From: an uncultured virus (IMG/VR IMGVR_UViG_2061766007_000327)
Taxonomy: Duplodnaviria; Heunggongvirae; Uroviricota; Caudoviricetes
Virus record (IMG/VR): IMGVR_UViG_2061766007_000327
Reading direction: 5' to 3' (one strand)
Length of the DNA: 64,000 nucleotides
Shown here: piece by piece, positions 53,022 through 61,790 of the stretch
How positions within the stretch are numbered: the stretch's first letter is position 1
How the letters are laid out: each line of letters begins with the position of its first letter
Program-made: the position numbers and the translations under genes
Notes under the pieces: generated by a model
The model's input: only the letters and a program-made list of their open reading frames with translations
The model's database searches: none
What the model was told of the DNA's origin: nothing

Positions 53022-53125
53022 TATTTTTGCACAGTAAGGTATGTGAGAGATACCGAGTGAAATTTTACAGCCCCTGTTAGTAGACGGTTGCTCTCACCTG
53101 CCGTTGAACGCGGGGGATTGTTTAT
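53022..53125 (+). promoter_or_regulatory. Promoter plus structured leader (kissing-loop hairpins) of an HNH gene
   Basis: TATTTTTG at 53022-53029. Loops GTGAGAG (53043-53049) and CTCTCAC (53091-53097) are complementary. Confidence 0.7.
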
Positions 53126-53130
53126 TATCC

Positions 53131-53703
53131 ATGGGGAAAGAAATTTGGAAACCGGTGGTCGGTTATGAGGGGCTATATGATGTAAGCAGCCTTGGACGAG
53201 TAAGAAGTTTAGGGAGAGTGATCGTGCAAAAAAACGGGAAAAGAATTAAGATTAGAGAGCGAATTCTTAAGCCGGCTATTCAGAATAGGGGTTATGAGTT
53301 CGTGTCTTTATCAAATTCTTTAGGGCAAAAATTAAAGCTTGTCCACCAGCTTGTAGGCAAGGCATTTATACCAAACCCGGATAATAAACCGTTTATAGAT
53401 CATATCAATGGCAACAGGAGGGACAACCGAGTTGAGAATTTGAGGTGGTGCACGCCTAAAGAGAACAATAACTTTGAGCTCGCGAGAAAGCACGCTTCGG
53501 ATGGTCTCCTAGGGAAAACCGGTTGGTTGTGCCCTAATTCTAAAAAGGTCAATCAATATACATTGGACGGTACTTTTATTAGAAGTTACTATGGCACTCG
53601 TGAGGCAAGTAGGGAAACTGGTATAAGAAATATATCACGAGCGTGCCTAAGCCCAACTAGGACAGCTGGCGGCTATATATGGAAATATGATAATATTAAG
53701 TAA
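53131..53703 (+). CDS. NUMOD4-HNH-NUMOD1 homing endonuclease
   Basis: 'EIWKPVVGYEGLYDVSSLGRVRS', 'IDHINGNRRDNRVENLRW', 'VNQYTLDG...AGGYIW'. Confidence 0.92.
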   Translation: MGKEIWKPVVGYEGLYDVSSLGRVRSLGRVIVQKNGKRIKIRERILKPAIQNRGYEFVSLSNSLGQKLKLVHQLVGKAFIPNPDNKPFIDHINGNRRDNRVENLRWCTPKENNNFELARKHASDGLLGKTGWLCPNSKKVNQYTLDGTFIRSYYGTREASRETGIRNISRACLSPTRTAGGYIWKYDNIK

Positions 53704-54107
53704 TATGAACCTCGAAATTATTCTAGATCGCATATTTGATGCGGAATGTGCAAGAAGGGCGGGTATGAATGACATGTATAACCAGATTCTTGCAAGATTA
53801 AACGGGCTATATCCGGATCTTAAAGATTATATCAGAAAGGCCATAGAGGTCTACGGGGAGGTAGGTGATTCGCTCACCGAGGCCAGAAGTCAGTATCTGA
53901 AGGAACATAGAAGTTCTTTAAAATTAAGGTATCGATGAATAAAAGAAAAAACCAAGGAGGTTATGAAGGATGTGCAGAAGGGGTCAGACAGTGATGTATA
54001 ACGGTGTCGAGTACAGGCTGACGTGGAAGGGAAGGCTATATGCGGCTTGGCTTTGCTTTTTGGAACGCATCAGAAAATAGTTATATCGATAACATTTTGT
54101 TAATTTT

Positions 54108-54656
54108 ATGGAAGATCAAAGGAACATTCATTACCGCGTGGGTGGGAAGCTCACTCACTGTGGTGTCGAGGTTCTTCCTGGCGGGAAGGACATCGAGAGA
54201 ATTATCATTGCTCGTATTGAATACAAGGAGAGCGAAATGATCAATGGTAGGACGGAGAACGGCGTATGGGTTGCACATTTTGCGCAGAACCCCTACACGT
54301 CGCTTCCGTTGATTCTTAATGCGACCAACCGGAAGAGGCTGGTTAAGTTATTCCCGGACTGTGACGGTTACATTGCAAGGCTAGAGAACGTGCCGGTAAG
54401 GCTGACCAAGGAGAAGACCCGTGACGTGCAGGACGGTGGGGAGACCTGGGGACTCAGAATCAGTAAAATTCCGGCTTCGCCGGAGGCTGCTGCGCCTCAG
54501 AAGAAGGTTATTACAGCCGATAAGGTCGATGTTATTATCGAATGGGCGAAAAATCAGGGCTTCGGTATTGATAATGTCGCAAAAATGTACGATTTTGCGG
54601 ACGATACCATCAAGAAGAAGATTAATGACGCCTTAATTGACGACTTGCCAGAATAG
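54108..54656 (+). CDS. Putative ssDNA-binding/annealing protein
   Basis: 'LPLILNATN...L......W/GLRI', directly upstream of a YqaJ exonuclease. Function inferred from synteny. Confidence 0.45.
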   Translation: MEDQRNIHYRVGGKLTHCGVEVLPGGKDIERIIIARIEYKESEMINGRTENGVWVAHFAQNPYTSLPLILNATNRKRLVKLFPDCDGYIARLENVPVRLTKEKTRDVQDGGETWGLRISKIPASPEAAAPQKKVITADKVDVIIEWAKNQGFGIDNVAKMYDFADDTIKKKINDALIDDLPE

Positions 54657-54658
54657 CT

Positions 54659-55387
54659 ATGGATAAGGAAACAAGGTGGTTAAAGAAAAGGCTGGGAATG
54701 ATTACTGCCAGCGAGCTGGGGAATATTACTTCTGCCAGCGGAAAGATTATTGACGGTAACTTAAGTTACATTAGGGCGAAGCGTTGGGAGCGGAAGCACG
54801 GCTTCTCGCATCCCGTAAGCGCAAGGGCTATGGAGATCGGCAACGAGCAGGAGCCGATGATTTTCGAGTGGTCGAAGGCTAATCTCGGGTTTAGTGAAAT
54901 CATTTATTCGAAGGATCTCGAGGAGATTCCGTTCTGGATTGCGACAGACTGCCCAGTAGGGGCCAGCCCTGATGCTTTCACTCCCGACAAGAGTATTGTC
55001 TTCGAGTTTAAGACTCTTGTGGGTGCGACGTCGATCGAATACTTCGCCGACGAGTACACCCCTTACGAGGAAAAGAAACTCGCAGTATGGAAAGACCACG
55101 GCGACCAACTACTTGGGCAGTTTATTTCCAACTCCGCCATCGAGGAGATCTGGCTGATTAAGTATATCTATCAGGACGATGATATCCTGCAGGATACGGA
55201 CAGCCCTTTGGCACCTTGGCGCGGTCTCGTCTTTAAGTTTGCCCGGAAGGATTTTGAAGCATCTATCGATGAGATGAAACAGAGGATTCTTCTTTTTGAC
55301 AAGATGATCGACGCGCCTCTCAGCCCGTCGGAGTTCAAGAAGGGCGAGTGGTATGTCGATGCGGGCGGTTTGTTAGTTAAAAAGTGA
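54659..55387 (+). CDS. YqaJ / lambda-exonuclease-family nuclease
   Basis: 'WL..R...ITAS', 'G.E.EP', 'GASPD', 'EFK', 'Q...Q'. Confidence 0.85.
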   Translation: MDKETRWLKKRLGMITASELGNITSASGKIIDGNLSYIRAKRWERKHGFSHPVSARAMEIGNEQEPMIFEWSKANLGFSEIIYSKDLEEIPFWIATDCPVGASPDAFTPDKSIVFEFKTLVGATSIEYFADEYTPYEEKKLAVWKDHGDQLLGQFISNSAIEEIWLIKYIYQDDDILQDTDSPLAPWRGLVFKFARKDFEASIDEMKQRILLFDKMIDAPLSPSEFKKGEWYVDAGGLLVKK

Positions 55388-55558
55388 TGCTATGGAAGAG
55401 CCCGGGAGTTACGTGATTAAGGACGATAATGGTAATGTACTAGCGAGAGTATATTATAATGGTCGGAAATTCCAAGTTTTTCGTCATCCTGCATGTTCTC
55501 TCGGGACGTTCTTCCATATCATACTGTTTCTAGAGGAGCAAGGATACGATTTACAGTT

Positions 55559-57167
55559 ATGAGTTCATCTCCGCTTAACCGGAAGACAGCGCCGCAGATC
55601 CTGCGGCTCTGTGCGTTATGCCTTAAAAATGGGGTGCTGGACGCCTATGAGATGGGCGATGATTATGCCGTTGAGGAATTCCTCCGTAAACATAAAGAGG
55701 GCTGGACATACGGTGTTCTAGGCGAGCCGGACGACTACGACTGGAAAATGTGGAGATTTTCTCTTTATAAATGGTGTAGAAGGAATGCTCTTTCTCAGTT
55801 TGCGGACAATTATCTGTACGAGGTAAAACGATATAACTATCTCTATTGCCCGATTCTGCTAAGCATGAGGTTCTATTTGATGGGGATTGAGGAATGGCTA
55901 TCTTATCCCAATCCCAGCGGAATAGAAATCTATCGGCAGAACACTAACCTGCACTGGTGGAAAAACGGGTCGGGGAGCAGAAAGATCACGAAGCGAGAGC
56001 TCATCATAGAAGCGCAGGGGATGGCTTATGAATACCGCAGGGTCCCCGAGGGGAAACGGGTCATCTCGTATTCCGTGCTGGATGAGTTCTGCTCGGCAAT
56101 ACACGATCTAACAAGCAAATATATCTATAAAAAAAGAATAATCATTGATGGAAAAGCAGTCCAAAACCTATAAAGTTCAACACTTGGAGCCTTCTACTCC
56201 TTGGTTGGGTTTTATCTTACTTCCATATGGGGAGTTTTACAGACCGACTAAGGATTTATTGAAGGCGAAGCCTGGCGATATCCTACGTTTTTTTCAGGGC
56301 TCGGATTATACCATAGAACGGGTAATGAAAATCCCGCAGGATAGCGTCTGCGATATGCTCTGCCGTATCGCATATGGTATACCGTGGGCGGTAGCACTTA
56401 AGAAATGGCAGTCGTACGCCATGCTCGAGGGGAATGACAGAAACGTTATTAGTTCAGATTATTGTTTGTGGGTAATATATGACACCAATCAACATTGACG
56501 CAAAATTCTCCGACAGAATTCTTATTCCCGGAGAGGCTATCCCGCCGGGTTGCCTTAGTGGAGTCTGTTTGAAAACGTCTGACGATGTAATTTGTCTGGC
56601 ATATTTTTTGTCCACTTGGGACAACGGCCAGCGTCGCTATTATGACGAGCTTGACCGCCTCTGCCATCGTCAATGGAACTGCAGTTTTGATCTGATAGAG
56701 ACGATGTGGCAGGGTAGGTTGGGACAAGTAGGCGACATCTGGCATTATATGGAACTTAAAAGGGTATAAAGATGAAGACAGAAGATTTGTTCAAGTATGG
56801 CGTGACCCCGAAGGAGGGCAAACGCAAGGGGGAACGGTTTAGGGTTCTCCAGATTTATCCCGACAGGCTGATTGTGACTGACTGGGAAACGGAGGAAAAG
56901 AATGAGATATTCTATCCCGGGACTTATGATTTGTGGCGCCCGGCGAAGACTCTTTTCGAGGATGACTCCATCAAGCCGACCTGGGGAAATCTCAAAAAGG
57001 CTGTCGAGGCTAATGGTTTGTCGGACGACACTTTGATTGTGACCGATCCTACGACATACGACATCTTCAGCCTCCTATCTCCGCGCTATAGGCTCGGGGC
57101 TAGAGCTCGCGTCGTGAAGCACACGAAGGACAACGGCGAGGAAGAGCCTGCTATAATGATTTATTGA
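55559..57167 (+). other. Four hypothetical genes (about 55559-56173, 56145-56498, 56479-56769, 56772-57167)
   Basis: Overlapping plus-strand ORFs with no recognisable motifs. Confidence 0.6.
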
Positions 57168-57321
57168 TGAACACTGCTATTGCTTTCCATTTGCTTGAAA
57201 AGGGAGAGGCGTGCTGCTTGTACGCCTCTATCCTTATTATGCGTGTAGGGGATCGGTGTTATATTTCTTTTGACGGGGAGAACTGGGAGGAGACCGACAG
57301 TGAGCTGATTAAGGAACAGAT

Positions 57322-57387
57322 ATGATTAAGCTCCGAGGATATCAGGAGGCTCTTATTGCAGAGGCTCGCCAAGCACTGGCAAATTAG
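57322..57387 (+). pseudogene. Stranded 5' remnant of the helicase gene (MIKLRGYQEALIAEARQALAN*)
   Basis: Similar to the helicase start at 58119 (MELRKYQQSLIEEARLAL) and includes the Q-motif LR.YQ. Confidence 0.8.
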
Positions 57388-57390
57388 ATA

Positions 57391-57520
57391 TTTGGTTTTT
57401 GAAAAATTCTTCTTATCTTTGCATAAACATTGTGTCGCAGACAATGAGTAGAAATATAACACCCAGAATGAGTAGTGCAGAGCTGCGACCTCTGTATGAA
57501 AGTTCTGGGATTGTTTTTTA
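57391..57520 (+). promoter_or_regulatory. Promoter plus structured kissing-loop leader of an HNH gene
   Basis: TTTG at 57391-57394 and TATCTTTG at 57414-57421. Loops GTCGCAG (57434-57440) and CTGCGAC (57483-57489) are complementary. Confidence 0.75.
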
Positions 57521-57525
57521 TAGAG

Positions 57526-58116
57526 ATGGAAGAAATTTGGAAGCCGATTGAAGGGTATGAAGGGAAGTATGAGATTAGTAATCTCGGCAGAGTAAACAGC
57601 CTAAATTACCTTGGGACTGGAAAGCCAAGAATAATGAAGCCATATAAGAACATTAGCAAGCATGGGAATGTTCCTTATCTTCAAGTAGACTTGTATAAGG
57701 ACGGTGTTGCGAGGTCTTTAAAAGTTCACTTTCTCGTTTGCCGGGCGTTTCATGGCTCGCGCCCTGCATCTATTAACGGCGACACTAATGTAGAGGCGAT
57801 GCACTTGAACGGTAATTCTCTCGATAATCGTGCCGAAAACCTTTCTTGGGGTAGGCACAGCGATAATGTCCGCGAGAAGACTTTTGTTGAAAAACAAGCC
57901 GCAGCACAAAGACGGAGGTGGGCTTCTGGAGAATATGAATATCAAAAGAAGGCCGTGGTTCAAATGTTGCCGAGTGGCGAGTTTGTTGCAAGGTATGCTT
58001 CTGCGTGGGATGCTCAACGAGTTACTGGTTGTAATCAAAGCGACATTTCTAAGCACTGTAGAGGAAAGAGGAAATGGCTAGTCGGTGGATTTCGATGGAA
58101 ATTCGAGAAGGAATAG
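57526..58116 (+). CDS. NUMOD4-HNH-NUMOD1 homing endonuclease
   Basis: 'EEIWKPIEGYEGKYEISNLGRV.S', 'MHLNGNSLDNRAENLSW', 'VGGFRWKF'. Confidence 0.9.
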   Translation: MEEIWKPIEGYEGKYEISNLGRVNSLNYLGTGKPRIMKPYKNISKHGNVPYLQVDLYKDGVARSLKVHFLVCRAFHGSRPASINGDTNVEAMHLNGNSLDNRAENLSWGRHSDNVREKTFVEKQAAAQRRRWASGEYEYQKKAVVQMLPSGEFVARYASAWDAQRVTGCNQSDISKHCRGKRKWLVGGFRWKFEKE

Positions 58117-58118
58117 TT

Positions 58119-59620
58119 ATGGAATTACGAAAATATCAGCAATCTTTAATTGAAGAAGCAAGGCTGGCCCTGTCGAGGCACAAGCACATCATAGTGCAGT
58201 CCCCGACAGGGTCAGGCTAACCGGCAAGGGCGTCCTTATCGGCTCGATGGCATCGATGAGCAAGTATCGTGTATTAATTCTGGCGCATAGCGAGGAAATC
58301 CTGGAGCAAGATGCAGGCCACGCTCGCAAATGGGGTATAGAAGTCGCAGAGGTCTTTGCGAAGACGCGCAAGATGCCAGAGACACGATGTGTAACAATGA
58401 TGGCGCAAACGCTTCGTCAAAGGCTGAAGAAGGTGGACTGGGCAGACTGGTTCTCTTCATTCGGGCTGATAATCTTAGACGAATGCCACAGGGCGGAATT
58501 CGACTTTGTCTTTGACAGCATCGACGACAAGGTCTTTGTTGTGGGGTTGTCTGCTTCCCCGGCGAGATATGGTCAGATGCGCCAATTAGGGCTGGATTAC
58601 GGGGCTGTTGTTATCGGTCCCCAGGTACAGGAGTTGATTGACGGCGGTTATCTCTGCCGCTGTAGGCTTTTCTCATTGGATGCACCCTCGCTGGAGGATG
58701 TGGAGTGGTCTTATGGCCGTGGTGACTACAATCTCAGCCAGATGGCCAGTAAATTCAAATCACGGGCTAGATATGTCGGAGCGGTCGAAAACTACCAACG
58801 AATCTGCCCGGGAGAGAAGACTCTGGTATTCTGTTGTTCCTCGGAGCAGACTATCGAACTGACAAAGGCTTTCTGCGACGCCGGTATTGACGCAAGATAC
58901 TGTCTGTCCGGCGATTTCGACGAAGATGAGGAGTACAGTGGCGATCGGAAAGGTGTCGTAGATGCCTTCGCGAGAGGAGATTTCCCCGTCCTCGTAAATT
59001 TCGGCTTATTTACGACGGGCATAGATATTCCGGACATCAAGGTCGTAATGCTTATGTTCTCCACGACATCGCTGGTGAAATACCTTCAGTGTCTCGGTAG
59101 AGCCTCGAGGATTGCGGACGGTAAGAATAATGAGTTCATCTGCCTCGATTTCGGGCGTAACTATGAGAGGTTGGGCAGATATGAGGATCGCCGGGAGTGG
59201 AGTGTCTGGCATAACACTTCTGCGGGTGGTGGCGTACCACCTACGAAGGAGTGCCCGCAGTGTGGGAGGCTTGTGCCAGTGTCGTGGACGGATTGTAAGT
59301 TTTGTGGATACCATTGGCCGACACAGCAGGAAACATACGTTGCGGAATTGCAGGAGGTGGTTGCCAGAGAGGATGACGAGACGATCGAGGGGTATGTCGC
59401 GAGGAAAAAACTGGAAGGGAAGAATAATAACTGGATCCTGGTTCAAGTCTGTATCAAGAATCCAGATAATCAGAAGGATGCTTTTATGCGGGCTATAGAA
59501 GTACTGAGAACAAAGCACGGGGCGAATATCAGCCCGAAATACTGGTATTTTTTTAAGAAGGAGATATTGAGCAAGGTTAAGGTTAAGAAAGAAGATAGCG
59601 ATTCTGTATTATGGAAATAG
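58119..59620 (+). CDS. SF2 DExH helicase with an 8-nt interruption in Walker A
   Basis: 58119-58217 encodes MELRKYQ...QSPTGSG followed by TAA. A different frame resumes with GGC AAG GGC at 58223. Downstream motifs: DECH, SASP, TGIDIP, QCLGRASR, and a CPQC/CKFC zinc finger. Confidence 0.85.
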
Positions 59621-59832
59621 GCGATAGGGTCAAAGTCGCCAGGCTTGACCAATACACACTTGATGTTATTATGGCGACTAACGCCAAGTCTCCGATAGGG
59701 ATGACTGGAACTATTATAGAGAAGTATTATAATCATAATATGAGAAGGGATGAGGTGGTCGTAGAGGCGGATGGCACTTGGGATAAGTGGCTTTGGACAC
59801 CTTGGAATTTAGATATCATATGCGGACATTGA
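59611..59832 (+). CDS. Small SH3/KOW-like hypothetical protein
   Basis: 'IGDRVKV......GMTGTII......V.V'. Confidence 0.55.
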   Translation: MEIGDRVKVARLDQYTLDVIMATNAKSPIGMTGTIIEKYYNHNMRRDEVVVEADGTWDKWLWTPWNLDIICGH

Positions 59833-59841
59833 TAGAGGCAT

Positions 59842-60015
59842 ATGGGGTTAGCAGGACTCGCGACAAAAAAAGGCGTGATTGTTAAGCAGACGACTCTCCC
59901 GTGGGTAAACTGCATCCATACCAATGTTGGCGGAGGGTGGAAGACGATGGAGGTATTAATATTGGAGGTATATGCAGATAGGGAACTTACTCCCGCCGAG
60001 ACAGATCGGATTTAA
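59842..60015 (+). CDS. Stand-alone C5-MTase TRD-like module 1
   Basis: Hand translation: MGLAGLATKKGVIVKQTTLPWVNCIHTNVGGGWKTMEVLILEVYADRELTPAETDRI*. An alternative start at 59820 would be in frame if the A7 tract were A6. Confidence 0.55.
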   Translation: MGLAGLATKKGVIVKQTTLPWVNCIHTNVGGGWKTMEVLILEVYADRELTPAETDRI

Positions 60016-60145
60016 TAATCCTCAAGAAGGTAGGATTTATTCCTTGGACGATGTGGGACCGACAATTCGGAACGATAGCAGATATTGGATATTAGAGGTA
60101 TATGATGAAGATAGCGGCGTACAACATAAAGAAACAGCGGAATGA
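59972..60145 (+). CDS. Stand-alone C5-MTase TRD-like module 2
   Basis: MQIGNLLPPRQIGFNNPQEGRIYSLDDVGPTIRNDSRYWILEVYDEDSGVQHKETAE*. Confidence 0.7.
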   Translation: MQIGNLLPPRQIGFNNPQEGRIYSLDDVGPTIRNDSRYWILEVYDEDSGVQHKETAE

Positions 60146-60305
60146 ATACGGCCGCCAGATCCGCAAGGATTACGAGGCTCATAGGCTTCCTGGGGTTCGC
60201 CGTAAGGATATAAAGGAACTAGTGCCGATGTTTGATGGTGTTTGTCGGACGATAACGACGATAGTCGAGGATAATTTATTGTTAGAGGTGTATGAAGGTG
60301 ATTAG
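60102..60305 (+). CDS. Stand-alone C5-MTase TRD-like module 3
   Basis: '...FDGVCRTITTIVEDNLLLEVYEGD*'. Confidence 0.7.
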   Translation: MMKIAAYNIKKQRNEYGRQIRKDYEAHRLPGVRRKDIKELVPMFDGVCRTITTIVEDNLLLEVYEGD

Positions 60306-61440
60306 TTGTGCTCTTCGCGGTAGAGGGGGCGTGTCTGGGCGAAAGGACTCTTGGCATCTCCGGCTCGAATTAGGGGACGAGGATGTAAGCAATACGATAG
60401 ACACTGTTCAAAAAGACTATTTGATAATGGAGATTATAGCGATAAAGAACCCGCTGAAAGGCAAGACGGGGTATGGCTGGCATTTTGAGCAGAATGTGTA
60501 CGAAATTGACTCGCTGGTACGGTCTTTGAAGGCTGGGGAGGGTTCAGGGAATATACCGAAAATTATTGATATGGCAAAACATTACAGAATTAGGAAGCTC
60601 ACTCCGACGGAGTGCCTGCGATTGATGGGTGTGAGCGACGAAGACATCCAGAAGATGAAGGATGCAGGCATTAGTGACAGTCAGTTGTATAAGATGGCGG
60701 ACAACAGCATAGTTGTGCCCGTGCTTGAGGGCATCTTCCGCAATATGGGATTCACAGAGAAACCGCTACGCGTGTTCGAGGCGTTTGCGGGCTACGGCTC
60801 GCAGAGTATGGCTCTTCGGAACATCGGCGTCGATCACGAGGTGGTCGGTATCAGCGAGATCGACAAGTATGCGATTATGGGCTATAACGCCACGCACCCG
60901 GAAACGAAGAATTTCGGAGACATCAGCGAGATAGACTGGCAGGAAGTGCCGGATTTCAACCTGTTTACCTACAGCTTCCCTTGTACGGACATCTCGAATG
61001 CGGGCGCACAGGCTGGATTTGAAGAAGGGAGCGGCACTAGGAGCAGTCTTTTGTGGGAGTGCAAGAAGGCTATCGAGGAGAAGCATCCGAAATATCTGCT
61101 GATGGAGAACGTGAAGGCAATCACGAGCAAGAAGTTCCTACCCGGTATTTTAAGATGGCAGGAGTTCCTGTCGAAGCAGGGATATGTCAACTTCATCGAT
61201 GTGCTGAATGCGAAGGACTACGGGATTCCGCAGAATCGGGAGCGGTGTTTCTTGGTTTCTATCCTGGATGCTGCGTGGTATCAATTCCCCGAGCCAGTGG
61301 AACTGACGCTGAAATTGAAAGATATCCTAGAACCCACTGTCAGTGAGAAATATTATCTTGACCAAGCGAGGGTTGACAAATTTATAGCGGGACTGAGTGA
61401 TGAAAAACGAGCTGCACTTGAAGAAGGTCGTACCGATTAA
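60292..61440 (+). CDS. Circularly permuted DNA (cytosine-5) methyltransferase
   Basis: Domain order: two TRD-like segments, motif IX (RKLTPTECLRLMG), X (QLYKMADNSIVV), I (FEAFAGYG), IV (FPC), VI (MENV), VIII (PQNRER). Confidence 0.92.
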   Translation: MKVISCALRGRGGVSGRKDSWHLRLELGDEDVSNTIDTVQKDYLIMEIIAIKNPLKGKTGYGWHFEQNVYEIDSLVRSLKAGEGSGNIPKIIDMAKHYRIRKLTPTECLRLMGVSDEDIQKMKDAGISDSQLYKMADNSIVVPVLEGIFRNMGFTEKPLRVFEAFAGYGSQSMALRNIGVDHEVVGISEIDKYAIMGYNATHPETKNFGDISEIDWQEVPDFNLFTYSFPCTDISNAGAQAGFEEGSGTRSSLLWECKKAIEEKHPKYLLMENVKAITSKKFLPGILRWQEFLSKQGYVNFIDVLNAKDYGIPQNRERCFLVSILDAAWYQFPEPVELTLKLKDILEPTVSEKYYLDQARVDKFIAGLSDEKRAALEEGRTD

Positions 61441-61576
61441 CGCAACGCCAGACGGCTTTTGCCGGACTATAAAAGCACAGTATTACAAAAATGGATTCCG
61501 CAATTTCACATTTTTCGAAGACGGCGGTTTTGGCGCGACGGGAGTGCTTGAAATGTATGAAGAGGACGATAAATAA
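61400..61576 (+). CDS. Stand-alone TRD-like module 6
   Basis: MKNELHLKKVVPINATPDGFCRTIKAQYYKNGFRNFTFFEDGGFGATGVLEMYEEDDK*. Confidence 0.7.
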   Translation: MKNELHLKKVVPINATPDGFCRTIKAQYYKNGFRNFTFFEDGGFGATGVLEMYEEDDK

Positions 61577-61760
61577 TGAGACCCCGGTTGCGAAGATTTT
61601 TAATCTGGGTGATGGAAGGTTTGCGATGAATGCTCCGGACGGCGTTGCGTGTACACTAACTGGTGCCCATCACTTTGCTGGAAATATAACTCATCCTCGA
61701 CAGGGGTTTAGACAGATGGGAGTATTGGAGATTGAGGATACGCCGGAGGATTCCGAATAA
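61557..61760 (+). CDS. Stand-alone TRD-like module 7
   Basis: MKRTINNE...NAPDGVACTLTGAHHFAGNITHPRQGFRQMGVLEIEDTPEDSE*. Confidence 0.65.
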   Translation: MKRTINNETPVAKIFNLGDGRFAMNAPDGVACTLTGAHHFAGNITHPRQGFRQMGVLEIEDTPEDSE

Positions 61761-61766
61761 TTTTCT

Positions 61767-61774
61767 TATCTTTG
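61767..61774 (+). promoter_or_regulatory. Bacteroidota -7 box
   Basis: TATCTTTG before ATG 61791. Confidence 0.6.
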
Positions 61775-61790
61775 CAAAAACCGTAAAGAT

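Noticed and set aside
58211..58225. Group I intron or intein at the helicase Walker A
   Set aside because: There are only 8 extra nt, with no room for a catalytic core and no intein motifs.
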